Counted from the stretch's first letter, positions 1 to 10,245 are shown. The stretch is 32,000 bases of DNA from Promethearchaeota archaeon (GCA_016933055.1 JAFGBS010000004.1:180001-212000), one strand, 5' to 3'. The notes: generated by a model from the letters alone, not told the origin. Numbers and translations are program-made.

Positions 1-446
1 TTAAACACAATTTTTGTATCCAAGTTACAAATATCAGCAAGTTCTGGCACAGCGGCATATAATTCATGGGGTTGAAAAGCTGGTATCACTCCCCCTGTCA
101 CATAATCTAGTCGAGACGCAATTGTGCCTCCAGTTCCTAATAAAGTCACATTGGGTTTAGCTCTATCTTTAGGAACTGAAACCCCTTTGAATTCCACTTT
201 CATGGGGGGGTTTTTACCTACAACCCGAACAGTATCCAAATCTTGCACTTTTATCCCAATATTATACCCATTTTTCAACTTGATCTCGATATACCCATCC
301 TCTGCAAACTGATTCCTGGGTAATATTATTCCTTGAAAGATTGAATTTCCTTTTTTGATCTCCACCTTATCCCATGCTTCAATATCATGTTCTTTGAAAA
401 ATTTCTTGGATATATGCTTGTAACCTTTAGGTAAATTTGAAGGCAT
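1..446 (-). CDS. gatD: Glu-tRNA(Gln) amidotransferase subunit D, 5' part (runs off the window start)
   Basis: Not in the ORF track; translated by hand from ATG at 446: MPSNLPKGY...NVTLLGTGGTIASRLDYVTGGVIPAF. This is the asparaginase-like GGTIAS motif after the GatD N-domain. GGAGG lies upstream and the gene abuts the gatE stop. Confidence 0.95.
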   Translation of the reverse strand, partial: MPSNLPKGYKHISKKFFKEHDIEAWDKVEIKKGNSIFQGIILPRNQFAEDGYIEIKLKNGYNIGIKVQDLDTVRVVGKNPPMKVEFKGVSVPKDRAKPNVTLLGTGGTIASRLDYVTGGVIPAFQPHELYAAVPELADICNLDTKIVF

Positions 447-2381
447 CTATTCTTCCTCCTTTTTTAATAAATTAGTCATTTCTGATTTGACTACTTGAGA
501 GACTATCTTTCCGTCTATTTTTCCCCTTACTTCTTTCATTACTTCACCCATTATGGGACCCATTGCCCCCATCTGACGTTCACGAATAAGAGAAACAAAG
601 CTTGGCATCAATGACTGCACGATCTTTCTTAGTTCTTCAATACTCATCGAGGTTATGTCCATAGTTTGCATAGCATCTTTAATTGTGGACTGGGGCTGGT
701 CACACAAATATGCTAATATCTCTTCAATTGCCTCCTTTGCTATCAGTTTTTTTTCAAGTAACTCAAAAATGCGCACAAAATGGGAATCTTTTAGATTCTC
801 TACTTCTTTTCCATCTCTTCTGAGAGTTTTAATCGTTTCTAATAACGTGCTAACGATGATTGTGGGTTTTCCAGAATATACTTTAAGGATTTCTTCCAAT
901 AGTTGAAGATTTCCATCAAGAGTGAGTTGCTCTAATGACTCGTGAGGAATTTTATATCTTTTCTCGAACTCCTTCATTACTTCCCAGGGATAGCGTGGAA
1001 GATTTGCTTGGATTTGTTTTAATTTTTCAGAAGAGATGGGTATTTCTCTTGAATCTGTATCGGGATATAATCGTTTTGCACCATGTAATTCGCGTAAGAA
1101 TTCCGTATTTCCATCCTCTAAGGCTTTACGGGTCTCTTCTGGTACTCCCTCCAAAGCTTTGATTAACCGATCTCTAACAATTTCAAATGCTTGAAACAAT
1201 CGGTCAGGCTTTCCTAAAATCAATACAAATAAATCCTTTTCATCACATTTCAAGGACTTCTTAATATCTAAGATTTCTGATTCGGAAAATTGATACTTGG
1301 AGAGAACTTCATCGCTATGAATTAATCCTTTTAAACCAGTTATTGATCCCATTTTACTAGCAATTTCTGTACCAAATCTACGCCCTTCTTGAATTTCTTC
1401 TCCCCAAAGAGCGTGCATATTTGGTACCCTCCATCCCCAAACCAATTTCCCCTTTTTTACTCCGTTACGAACAAATTTACATTTAGTTTCTTGGAATATT
1501 TCCGTTATATCTAAAGGATTGTCAGTAAAACTAGTGGGTGTCAATTTTCGCTTTAACATTTCATTGCGTATATCAAGAAGCGCTAATTGCCGAGTCACCT
1601 CATTTCGAATTAAAATGGGAATCCAATCTAATTTTTGTACCCCTTTGATCTCGATACGGGCTCCTCCCTTTATGGAAACATTGAGATCTTGACGGATAGC
1701 TCCTAAAATCTTCTTTACCTTTCCTGTACTTCTCAGAAGGATACCTATTCGCAATGCAGCTAAGCGTGCTTCTTCTGGTTCATTAATATCGGGTGCAGTT
1801 GTAACCTCTACTAATGGAATTCCTAAACGATCTAATCGAAATTGGATCATATTTTCTTTCTCTCCGGATCTTCTACAAGAATCTTCTTCAAGACAAAGTA
1901 ATTCAATACCAATGTTTTTGTGTTCAGAAATTGGAATATCTCCATTAATCCCAACTATGGCAGTCCTTTGAAAGCCTGCAGGAACACTTCCATCAACATA
2001 GTTTTTCCTACATACATGCAGCTCATCTACAAGACTTACATTAAGCAATAAACCAATTTCTAAAGCGATATCAATTGCTTCTGTATTACATGGAAAAGGA
2101 GGGGTCTCATCAATATCATATGTACACGTACAATCCGTAAACCCCTCGTATAACACAAGATTATTTTTTTTGAATTCTACTAGCATAGCAGGATCAAAGG
2201 ATCCTTCTTCACCTAATACCGGTCGAAAAGTTCGTATCAGAGTATAATCTGGAGGATTTTGCCCCCGTAGCGTGTTGTTGCATGCACAAAATAATTTAGT
2301 TTGAGTATCTAATTGCTGATGAATTTCGATTCCACACTTTAGACCGAGTTTTTTATAGTCGTACTCACTAGCATTTGGCAT
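447..2381 (-). CDS. gatE: Glu-tRNA(Gln) amidotransferase subunit E
   Basis: GatB/E motifs GLKCGIEIHQQL, RLDRLGIPLVEVTTAPDI, IRQDLNVSI and RLYPDTD, plus the AspRS-like insertion. ATG at 2381 preferred over TTG at 2390. Confidence 0.97.
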   Translation of the reverse strand: MPNASEYDYKKLGLKCGIEIHQQLDTQTKLFCACNNTLRGQNPPDYTLIRTFRPVLGEEGSFDPAMLVEFKKNNLVLYEGFTDCTCTYDIDETPPFPCNTEAIDIALEIGLLLNVSLVDELHVCRKNYVDGSVPAGFQRTAIVGINGDIPISEHKNIGIELLCLEEDSCRRSGEKENMIQFRLDRLGIPLVEVTTAPDINEPEEARLAALRIGILLRSTGKVKKILGAIRQDLNVSIKGGARIEIKGVQKLDWIPILIRNEVTRQLALLDIRNEMLKRKLTPTSFTDNPLDITEIFQETKCKFVRNGVKKGKLVWGWRVPNMHALWGEEIQEGRRFGTEIASKMGSITGLKGLIHSDEVLSKYQFSESEILDIKKSLKCDEKDLFVLILGKPDRLFQAFEIVRDRLIKALEGVPEETRKALEDGNTEFLRELHGAKRLYPDTDSREIPISSEKLKQIQANLPRYPWEVMKEFEKRYKIPHESLEQLTLDGNLQLLEEILKVYSGKPTIIVSTLLETIKTLRRDGKEVENLKDSHFVRIFELLEKKLIAKEAIEEILAYLCDQPQSTIKDAMQTMDITSMSIEELRKIVQSLMPSFVSLIRERQMGAMGPIMGEVMKEVRGKIDGKIVSQVVKSEMTNLLKKEEE

Positions 2382-2446
2382 TAAAATCAATATAAATTAT
2401 AAAGACGAACTTAATTTAAACTATGAACTAAGGGTAAATAGTCAAG

Positions 2447-3004
2447 ATGAAGAAGTATCAGATATTGATCCTTTCCCTAATCATTACTTTAGTAGTCTCC
2501 GTACTTGGATTATTTATTTTTCCCATATTTTTCATTGATAATTTTCAAATCCGGGATACAATTCCAATCATTGCTTTGGTTGGTCCATATATTATATTTG
2601 GTTATTCCTATTGGGCTCAGAATATTGCTAGTAAACGACGTTTAAAGAAAAACGTTCAGTGGTTCTTTTCTAATTTCCAAACGTTCACATCAACTCCCCT
2701 TGACACTCCCATACCAGAACCAAAATTTCTCTCGATAACTCACTTTTTCATTATATATGAAAAAGAATTCGGAAGATATCTGGATTTTAGGATCATTAGT
2801 ACTAAACATTCACAATTGCAAGAAATTTTCTTACTTAATGAACGATTTTGGATCAAATATTCAATGCAAGAAGGATTATCGATTCAATATTCAGATGATA
2901 ATTGTAAGACTTATCAAAAGATTGAAAATCGGAAGAAAATGTATAACGAAATCATCCGTTTTTGCAAAACTCGCTTTGGTATTGTGTTAGAATGCCTACA
3001 GTAA
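2447..3004 (+). CDS. Hypothetical membrane protein (two N-terminal TM segments, soluble C-terminal domain)
   Basis: 185-aa ORF with hydrophobic stretches ILILSLIITLVVSVLGLFIFPIFFI and IPIIALVGPYIIFGYSYW. It fills the gap between gatE and elp3. Confidence 0.7.
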   Translation: MKKYQILILSLIITLVVSVLGLFIFPIFFIDNFQIRDTIPIIALVGPYIIFGYSYWAQNIASKRRLKKNVQWFFSNFQTFTSTPLDTPIPEPKFLSITHFFIIYEKEFGRYLDFRIISTKHSQLQEIFLLNERFWIKYSMQEGLSIQYSDDNCKTYQKIENRKKMYNEIIRFCKTRFGIVLECLQ

Positions 3005-4615
3005 TCTAGAAACATAAGCTCCATCACGCTGGTAACCCAATTTATAAAAATACTCTCGTACACCAACTCCACTAATAATAGCAAGCTTTTTACTTTCAAA
3101 CTCGTCTCGTGCAATTTCTTCCGCTTTCATCAATAATTTTTGACCATATCCTCGATGTTGAACTTGATTCAGGAAGGGTTTTTCCAATCGTGGAACAATC
3201 TCTCCCACTACTCGGATTTCCCGTATAATCATCGTATCATCCCGCAATTCTGATCGATGAACCTGTTCAGAGGGTTTTCTGAGACGTAAATAACCTAGAA
3301 TGGTATTATTTTGCTCATATGAAAGAAAAATTTCTAACCCTTCAGAAGCCTCGTAATCAACCCTTTCCAATTCAAATGTGTCATTATCTAAATGAGACTG
3401 TTTCACAAAACCTTGCTCTCTGCATCGAATACAACTACATTGTTGATTCAATTCTTTCAATCTGTTTTGAACTAACTGCCGAAGATTGCTTTTTTTTACT
3501 CCATCTTCAATAAGGTAAGCAGGAATATCCCTCTGGATCCGTTGGATCCGTACATACTTGGGAAGGTGGGATTTCATCTTTGCTATTAGATTTACGGTGG
3601 TTTCCAAGGAATAAGATTGATATTCTCCTTTTTTCCACATTTCATATAATTTTGTCCCCTTGACAACTAATGTGGGGTAAATTTTTAACATATCTGGTCG
3701 AAAATCTGGATTCCGGAATAGTTCCATGAAATCTTCAAAATCTTCCTTGGGAGTGGTCCCTGGTAAATTGGGCATGATATGAGTGTTGATTTTCAATCCA
3801 ACGTCTTTTGCATACCTAATCGCATGTTTACTATCTTGTATAGTATGACCTCTATTTAATTGTGCAAGAATCGTGGATCGTGTAGTTTGAATGCCTATTT
3901 CTACCCGAGTCCCTCCATAAGAAAGAATTTTATCAATATGAGGAGGAAAGCAATAATCTGGTCGGGTTTCGACAGTTAATCCTACAACACGCAATTGAGC
4001 TGTTTCAGCTCTTTTAAGCGACTCCTCTAATGATTGAGAAGTTATGGATGGTTCAGATTCATAAAAATGATTAATTGCATCATAGCATCCTTTAACGAAA
4101 TTTCGTTGATATGTCTCGGGTGCTGATAATAAGGTACCACCCATGAGAATCAGCTCTATTTTATCGATCTTATGTCCGATTGATTGTAAGTCGAGTAAAC
4201 GGTTTCTGGTCTGTAGATAGGGATCATATCCATATATAATGGAACGTATAGCTGCGGGTTCTTGCCCCGTGTAGGATTGAGCGGCTTTCTCACCAGGTTG
4301 CGAATCACTTCCAGGACAGTACAAACATTTCCCGGGACATTCGATAGGTTTTGTCATTACTGCGACAACAGTCACTCCGGATATTGTACGGGTCGATCGC
4401 CGTCGTAAGATCGGTAAAATAATCTCTAATTCCTCTTCCGAAGCATATTGTAAGATTTCTGAATTTTTCATAGTGCGAGTAAGTGAGTATTTTTTCAGTA
4501 TTTTGTTTTTTAATTCAGTTATTTTTCCTTTAGGATAATACGGTCGCGCAATCAATTCGGTGATAATTTCTCTGCATACACATTCAAATTGAGCATCTTC
4601 TTGTTCATCATTCAT
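2996..4615 (-). CDS. elp3: Elongator subunit Elp3 (radical SAM + GNAT tRNA U34 acetyltransferase)
   Basis: RTISGVTVVAVMTKP, CPGKCLYC cluster motif, SYTGQEPA, ETRPDY, IRCRE and QHRGYGQKL (acetyl-CoA motif). ATG at 4615 overlaps the pyrK stop; the longer track start would sit inside pyrK. Confidence 0.96.
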   Translation of the reverse strand: MNDEQEDAQFECVCREIITELIARPYYPKGKITELKNKILKKYSLTRTMKNSEILQYASEEELEIILPILRRRSTRTISGVTVVAVMTKPIECPGKCLYCPGSDSQPGEKAAQSYTGQEPAAIRSIIYGYDPYLQTRNRLLDLQSIGHKIDKIELILMGGTLLSAPETYQRNFVKGCYDAINHFYESEPSITSQSLEESLKRAETAQLRVVGLTVETRPDYCFPPHIDKILSYGGTRVEIGIQTTRSTILAQLNRGHTIQDSKHAIRYAKDVGLKINTHIMPNLPGTTPKEDFEDFMELFRNPDFRPDMLKIYPTLVVKGTKLYEMWKKGEYQSYSLETTVNLIAKMKSHLPKYVRIQRIQRDIPAYLIEDGVKKSNLRQLVQNRLKELNQQCSCIRCREQGFVKQSHLDNDTFELERVDYEASEGLEIFLSYEQNNTILGYLRLRKPSEQVHRSELRDDTMIIREIRVVGEIVPRLEKPFLNQVQHRGYGQKLLMKAEEIARDEFESKKLAIISGVGVREYFYKLGYQRDGAYVSRLL

Positions 4616-5480
4616 AATGGGAATCAATCCTGATTTTTTCTCCGGTTTCGTCTCGATGAAACCTTCCGAAATCATCAAGTTCATTTAGTATCGCAGAAGT
4701 TAGGACAGGTCCATTCTGACATATTTTAATTCCTAACGGATCAACTATGCACAAGCCACATAATCCAAAACCACATCGCATATATCGTTCAAGAGAGGCT
4801 TCTAATTCAATGTTGTTCGAATTACAAAATAATAAGATTTTTTTTAGCATTATTTCGGGACCACATGCATATATCGTTATTTTTTGTGCGCCAGATCGTT
4901 CTTTTATCCAGGGCAGTATTTCTTTAAGTAGCTCTGTTACAAAACCTTTGTTTTCATAACTACCATCATCAGTACAAACAAACAATTGAGACTTAGGGCA
5001 ATTTTTCTCTAATTCGGGTAAATATAACAGTTCTTTCTTTGTTCGTGCCCCGACTATAACAGAATAATGATGGGTCATTTTCTTTTGGACAAGATCGATA
5101 AGAAGTTTCACAGACGCCATTCCAATTCCTCCTCCTACAATTACACTATAACCCTCCCTTACCTGATATCCATTCCCATAAGGACCTCGAATGCCAATAA
5201 TGTCTCCGATTTCAAGATTATGAAGGCTATGAGTTGCTTCACCCACATCTTTTACTGTAAAGCCGATATCTCCATTCTCCAATGCATACGATACTGCCAT
5301 TGGTACCTCATCAATGCCCGGAATCCAGACCATGATGAACTGACCAGGTTTTATAATAGGTTTCTTTCCATCGATAACAAAATTTACAAAAATCGTGATA
5401 CTGTCAGGTGTCTCGCGAGTGATTGATTTAATGGGGGTAGAAAATGGTTTATCAGTATGCGCAGTTTTTTTAAGACTCAT
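4608..5480 (-). CDS. pyrK: Dihydroorotate dehydrogenase electron-transfer subunit
   Basis: PGQFIMVW, GIRGPYGNG, VGGGIG and the 2Fe-2S motif MRCGFGLCGLC...ICQNGPV. It lies directly downstream of pyrD. Confidence 0.95.
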   Translation of the reverse strand: MSLKKTAHTDKPFSTPIKSITRETPDSITIFVNFVIDGKKPIIKPGQFIMVWIPGIDEVPMAVSYALENGDIGFTVKDVGEATHSLHNLEIGDIIGIRGPYGNGYQVREGYSVIVGGGIGMASVKLLIDLVQKKMTHHYSVIVGARTKKELLYLPELEKNCPKSQLFVCTDDGSYENKGFVTELLKEILPWIKERSGAQKITIYACGPEIMLKKILLFCNSNNIELEASLERYMRCGFGLCGLCIVDPLGIKICQNGPVLTSAILNELDDFGRFHRDETGEKIRIDSHYE

Positions 5481-5482
5481 GA

Positions 5483-6394
5483 TTATCCCTCGTTTTCATG
5501 TGTATGAGCTAAACCTGTTAATTCCGAAATTGTATTATATTCATGAGTTTCCATATATCTGAACAAATTATCATGAATTTTCGTGATGATATCATATCCA
5601 TAATATAAACATGACCCTAATTGTACAGCGCTCGCCCCTGCAAAGAAGTATTCAATAACATCCTCATATGCGAAAATTCCACCACACCCAATAATAGGAA
5701 TAGAGACCGATTTGAAAAGAGTATATACATGTTTTATCCCAATGGGTTTTATGGCTTTCCCGGATAATCCCCCAATTCCATGAGATAATATGGGGCGTTT
5801 AGTATGGATATCTATAGCTAAGGCACTGACTGTATTTATTGCCACCAGAGCGTCTGCTCCTGCTTTTTCAGCAGATTGTCCTATTTTAGTAATATCAGTC
5901 ACATTTGGAGTTAATTTTACAAATAATGGGCAAGAGATTCTTTTTCTAACTGTGTTGACATATTTATAAGTTAAATTAGGATCAACTCCAATTGTTGAAA
6001 CATCATCATGAGGGCATGAAATATTCATCTCAATTGCATCCGCACCTGCTTGTTCTGCTAAATAGGCAACATTGGCAAATTCTTGAGGACTTCTTCCAAA
6101 AACACTGACGATTACAACTAATCTCTCTTTAGTTTTGATTTCGGATATTTCATGCTCGAATGCACTAATCCCAGGATTTGCAAGACCAACGGCATTTAAA
6201 AAAGTATCATTATTCAAACCAATAATTGAGGGATTTTTATACCCGTTTGTTTTTATGGGTCCAATAGATTTTGTTGTCACCCCTCCCATCCCATAATCAG
6301 CGAGGATATGCATCGTTGAGGGGGACACTCCAAGAATTCCCGACGCTAAGATTAACGGACTTTTAAACCGCAGTCCAGCAATAGACATTTCCAA
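5483..6394 (-). CDS. pyrD: Dihydroorotate dehydrogenase family 1B catalytic subunit
   Basis: TTKSIG, NAVGLANPG, EMNISCPH, VKLTPN, INT, GGLSG and IIGCGGI. The start may be TTG 6394, ATG 6388 or ATT 6412 (see findings). Confidence 0.96.
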   Translation of the reverse strand: MEMSIAGLRFKSPLILASGILGVSPSTMHILADYGMGGVTTKSIGPIKTNGYKNPSIIGLNNDTFLNAVGLANPGISAFEHEISEIKTKERLVVIVSVFGRSPQEFANVAYLAEQAGADAIEMNISCPHDDVSTIGVDPNLTYKYVNTVRKRISCPLFVKLTPNVTDITKIGQSAEKAGADALVAINTVSALAIDIHTKRPILSHGIGGLSGKAIKPIGIKHVYTLFKSVSIPIIGCGGIFAYEDVIEYFFAGASAVQLGSCLYYGYDIITKIHDNLFRYMETHEYNTISELTGLAHTHENEG

Positions 6395-6492
6395 TGGATT
6401 ATCCTTTGAAATAATGGTACACCATCAAGAGGGTTTTTTATGAATAGGATATTTATGTTTATTTAATAGGATTTTTATGGATCTAGAAAAAG

Positions 6493-7782
6493 ATGATCGC
6501 TTATTTACTTGAGACTCCTGTAGGCATGTTAATAACAGACCAAAATGGACTTATTCAGAATTATTTTTTAACTACTGCATTACTCGATGAACAGCTATTA
6601 TTGGTATTACATTATGATGAAAGTGTTTATCAAATTCCCGCATTTGTACAATTTATCAATCAAATTAATGTTAGTAAGTACAATCTTGTCACTGAAACTA
6701 AAGATATGGCAAATTTATTGGAATCTAAGTATGAAGGAACAATCAAAATTGCTCCGTTTGATAGAAAATTCCAAGATTTACGAATCAACCTATCTAAGAT
6801 CTTAGCAAATATCAATATTCCCTCCTCAGTAGAGGAACTCACAATCATATCGCGAAAAAATGCAAAACTCTTTTCTAGAGACCGTATCAGGGAAAGTGGT
6901 CAAAGTTCAGACGTACACATTATAAATGCAGTAGGAGTCTTAGAGAATACCACGAAATTCATAAATTCATACGCTATTCAACTTCGTGAATGGTATGGCA
7001 GTCATTTTCCCGAGTTAACAGATAAATTAGTAAATGATATTGAACTATACGCAAAAATCGTTAATCTTTACCAGAAAAGAGATACCATAGAAGCATTAAA
7101 TTTGGTAAATGATTTACACATAAAAGAAGAATACGCTAAAGAGATAGAATATCAAGCCGAACATTCAATGGGTGGTGATTTGACGGAATCCCAACTAGAT
7201 GCGATTCGTATTTTCAGTAAAACCATTTTAAATTTGATTGACTTTCAAAAGCAGCTTGAAAATTCAGTAAACACTATTTTGCAAGAATTAACTCCTAATT
7301 TATATACACTAATTGGAGCTCAGTTGACGGGGAAATTGATCACTCATGCAGGGAGTTTAGAACACCTAGCAAAAATCCCCTCTTCTACGATTCAAGTGTT
7401 GGGTGCAGAAAAAGCCCTTTTTCGAGCCTTAAGAAAGAAAACCGACTCCCCTAAACATGGAATTATTTATACATGGCCTCCTATCCGTTCTGCAAAATAT
7501 TGGCAACGAGGAAAAATTTCCCGATTACTTTCAGGAAAAATTAGTATATGTGCAAAAGTAGATTTTTTTAATGGTGAATTTATCGGTAAAAAATTGTTAG
7601 ACGAATTGGAGGCAAAAATTAAGGACATTGAAGAAAGATTCCCTGAACCACCAAAACACGAAAGAAAGAAAAAACCTAAAGACTATAGTTCCAAGAAGAA
7701 AAAAGAAATTGCACGGAAAAAGGCATATCACATGTCTAAATCAAAATATAAATCGGGGATTAAAAAATCGGAGAGTAATTAA
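6493..7782 (+). CDS. nop5: C/D box sRNP scaffold Nop5 (Nop56/58)
   Basis: EWYGSHFPEL, QVLGAEKALFRAL, PKHGIIY and RGKISRLL, with a Lys-rich C-terminal tail. Upstream of fibrillarin. Confidence 0.96.
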   Translation: MIAYLLETPVGMLITDQNGLIQNYFLTTALLDEQLLLVLHYDESVYQIPAFVQFINQINVSKYNLVTETKDMANLLESKYEGTIKIAPFDRKFQDLRINLSKILANINIPSSVEELTIISRKNAKLFSRDRIRESGQSSDVHIINAVGVLENTTKFINSYAIQLREWYGSHFPELTDKLVNDIELYAKIVNLYQKRDTIEALNLVNDLHIKEEYAKEIEYQAEHSMGGDLTESQLDAIRIFSKTILNLIDFQKQLENSVNTILQELTPNLYTLIGAQLTGKLITHAGSLEHLAKIPSSTIQVLGAEKALFRALRKKTDSPKHGIIYTWPPIRSAKYWQRGKISRLLSGKISICAKVDFFNGEFIGKKLLDELEAKIKDIEERFPEPPKHERKKKPKDYSSKKKKEIARKKAYHMSKSKYKSGIKKSESN

Positions 7783-8476
7783 AACGAAAATCAAAGCTCA
7801 TCCTAAATTTGAGGGGATCTATAATACGGGGTATGGAGACCAATATCGTTTATACACGAAGAATAAAACCAAGGGTCATACCATCTATGGGGAAAAGATT
7901 GTAACTGAAAGGGATGATGAATACCGAGAATGGAATCCCTATCGCAGTAAATTAGCTGCTATGATCCTTAATAATGCACGCAATATTTACATTAATTACA
8001 CTTCTACTGTACTATATTTAGGGGCATCCTCAGGAACCACTGTGTCTCATATATCAGATATCACCACTAAAACCATATATGCAGTAGAATTCGCCCCTCG
8101 AAGTATGAGAGAACTCATTCAGAATTGTAATGATCGAAATAATGTAATCCCCATATTAGCAGATGCTAACTATCCTGAACAATATGCAAAATTCATTTTT
8201 GAAGAAATAGACGTAGTGTATGTTGATATAGCTCAACCAAATTTGACAGAGATAGCAATATTGAATTGCAAGAAATACCTCAAGGATGGTGGTCTCCTGA
8301 TATTAGCTATAAAGGCAAAAAGTATTGATGTGGCTCTTCCAATTCAAACGATCTTCAACGCTGAAATTCAGAAAATTGAAAACAAAGGATTTGAAATATT
8401 GGAAAAAATTAGTTTATCTCCCTACTCCCGAGATCATTTAATGATAATTGCCCGATTCTATCTCAAACCTACTTAG
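7778..8476 (+). CDS. flpA: Fibrillarin, rRNA/tRNA 2'-O-methyltransferase
   Basis: YGEK, YREWNPYRSKLAA, VLYLGASSGTTVSHISD and YVDIAQP. Start uncertain: ATT 7778 is proposed; the alternatives are TTG 7628 or 7709 inside nop5. Confidence 0.95.
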   Translation: MKTKIKAHPKFEGIYNTGYGDQYRLYTKNKTKGHTIYGEKIVTERDDEYREWNPYRSKLAAMILNNARNIYINYTSTVLYLGASSGTTVSHISDITTKTIYAVEFAPRSMRELIQNCNDRNNVIPILADANYPEQYAKFIFEEIDVVYVDIAQPNLTEIAILNCKKYLKDGGLLILAIKAKSIDVALPIQTIFNAEIQKIENKGFEILEKISLSPYSRDHLMIIARFYLKPT

Positions 8477-9156
8477 AAATATCCATCTAATTTTTTTTGA
8501 TATACTAATTCATTCATCAAATTTGCACATGTTTGCCATGAAGTTCTCGCAATTTCTGGGGGTTTTCGATTAATTTTAATGTAATTCCGCAAAAAAGCAA
8601 TAGTTTTTTGATCAGAACTATATCCGGATCCTATTTCTCCGTATTTTTTATATCTCGTGCTGCTTGCGATGATGGAACGATCTCTGTGCACTTTAGCAAT
8701 AATCGATGCAGCCCCAACTATCTTGTATTTTTCGTCAGCTTTATAACATGCTAGCACTTTTGGTAAAAAATTAAGTTCATCCTTAACCTTCATTGATATT
8801 TTTTTTCTGAAATTTTCTAAATCTCTACCCAAGGCATCAATGTAAACGACATCAGGTTGTAACTTGATAATTAAATTTGAAATAGAATCTAGTTCCAATT
8901 GATTTAGATTAACATGTTTTCGAGAGTTTGCATCAATGATTTCATTACTAATTTGATCTACTAAATAAGCTGTACAGTTTTGCAGAATGTAGTCATATAG
9001 TTCTTCCCGTTTTCTAGGACTAAGTTTTTTTGAATCATTAATATCACTTTTTTCTAACACGGGTAGATAATTATCACTGAATACTACCCCTCCGATGAAC
9101 AAATCTCCCAATACCGGTCCTCTACCAGCTTCATCTATACCCATTATGGTTTTCAT
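8473..9156 (-). CDS. rnhB: Ribonuclease HII with C-terminal PIP box
   Basis: GIDEAGRGPV, DSKKL, KADEKY, AASIIAKV and GSGY. C-terminal QKKLDGYF is a PCNA-interacting motif. ATG at 9156 preferred over GTG at 9165. Confidence 0.96.
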   Translation of the reverse strand: MKTIMGIDEAGRGPVLGDLFIGGVVFSDNYLPVLEKSDINDSKKLSPRKREELYDYILQNCTAYLVDQISNEIIDANSRKHVNLNQLELDSISNLIIKLQPDVVYIDALGRDLENFRKKISMKVKDELNFLPKVLACYKADEKYKIVGAASIIAKVHRDRSIIASSTRYKKYGEIGSGYSSDQKTIAFLRNYIKINRKPPEIARTSWQTCANLMNELVYQKKLDGYF

Positions 9157-9164
9157 AGGAATCA

Positions 9165-10166
9165 CTATCGAATGGAGAGAATTTTAACAATTTCCTTAGC
9201 TTCTTTTGCAGTTTTTAATTTTTTGCTCTCTATAGGAATAATTCCCACTTTTTTACACTCTTTGACATCTTGGGGTTCTTCAACAATCGCACGAACCGGT
9301 CCCATCTTATTTCTAATCTTAACCATTTGTGCGATATTGTATAACCGATTTAAATCCTCTTCTTGTATGTTAGAAAAAACTCCAGATATAATTTGTAGAT
9401 TGTTTTCATATCCCGGTATCAAAAAAAATACATCGAATGGACTATTACTCGTCCAAAATTGAAAAATTCCCAGTTCCGATAGAATTTCTGAAATCTCTTC
9501 TGCGATTTCTATATGTTGCGATTGAGCTGATGGGCGATTTTGGATAATCTGTTTAGTTTTTTTTGGCAAATCGAAAATATGAATAGGTTTTTTGATTTCC
9601 GTTGATAAAATGTCTTCTAACAACTCTACATGATGCAACTGGCTATAAACCGATTTCTTCCGTTCGTATTCCGCAATGGTTTTTGTGGAAATTCGCATTT
9701 TTTCCGAAAGAGTCTTCCGAGAAAACGACTGTTCCTCCCGTAGTTGTTTAAGTTCCTCACCATCAATTTTATATAAATATCCCCCCCGTTTAGCAATTCG
9801 TAATGGATGTATGTTATGTTTGATAATTTGAATTAGTGTATACAAATTGATAGCAATAATGTGACCATCCAAGCGGAAATAGACAGTATTATCTTCTAAT
9901 TCATTCCGACGATTGTAAATTCCTATTAAAATAGGAGTAGCTTTCAAAAAATACCCTAATAAAAGCATTTCAATCATCATTTCCTTCTCTGTAGTGTCTA
10001 TGTTTTCCACAATTTTCGTTATTAAGGAGATGGAATGATCTTGAGAAGTTGCAATCACATCACAGCAATGTGTTTTGGGAGTGTTCACTATTCTTGTTGT
10101 ATTAAACGCTTCATCCCGAAGTGTTTTTTCCACTTCATCCACAACATGTGCTGTTTGTCCTGTCAA
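9165..10166 (-). CDS. Archaeal HTH-type transcriptional regulator (COG1395-like, central XRE HTH)
   Basis: LKQLREEQSFSRKTLSEKMRISTKTIAEYER HTH flanked by CCDVIA and PFDVF alpha/beta domains. TTG start preceded by GGGTG; typical neighbour of flpA/rnhB. Confidence 0.85.
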   Translation of the reverse strand: MTGQTAHVVDEVEKTLRDEAFNTTRIVNTPKTHCCDVIATSQDHSISLITKIVENIDTTEKEMMIEMLLLGYFLKATPILIGIYNRRNELEDNTVYFRLDGHIIAINLYTLIQIIKHNIHPLRIAKRGGYLYKIDGEELKQLREEQSFSRKTLSEKMRISTKTIAEYERKKSVYSQLHHVELLEDILSTEIKKPIHIFDLPKKTKQIIQNRPSAQSQHIEIAEEISEILSELGIFQFWTSNSPFDVFFLIPGYENNLQIISGVFSNIQEEDLNRLYNIAQMVKIRNKMGPVRAIVEEPQDVKECKKVGIIPIESKKLKTAKEAKEIVKILSIR

Positions 10167-10245
10167 AAAAGCACCCTATAAATAATATATAAAAAAAAGA
10201 AAGATACAATCCCTATAAACAATTCTAACAAGATGATCTTAATTC

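Noticed and set aside
124-312. 62-aa + strand ORF
   Set aside because: It is an antisense shadow of gatD, which the track missed because gatD is truncated by the window edge.
4616-4684. Longer Elp3 start at 4684
   Set aside because: It would overlap the conserved pyrK C-terminus by 77 nt, whereas ATG 4615 gives a typical short overlap.
6420-6430. In-frame TGA upstream of pyrD as a selenocysteine codon
   Set aside because: It lies outside the conserved domain, PyrD is not a known selenoprotein, and no SECIS was recognised.
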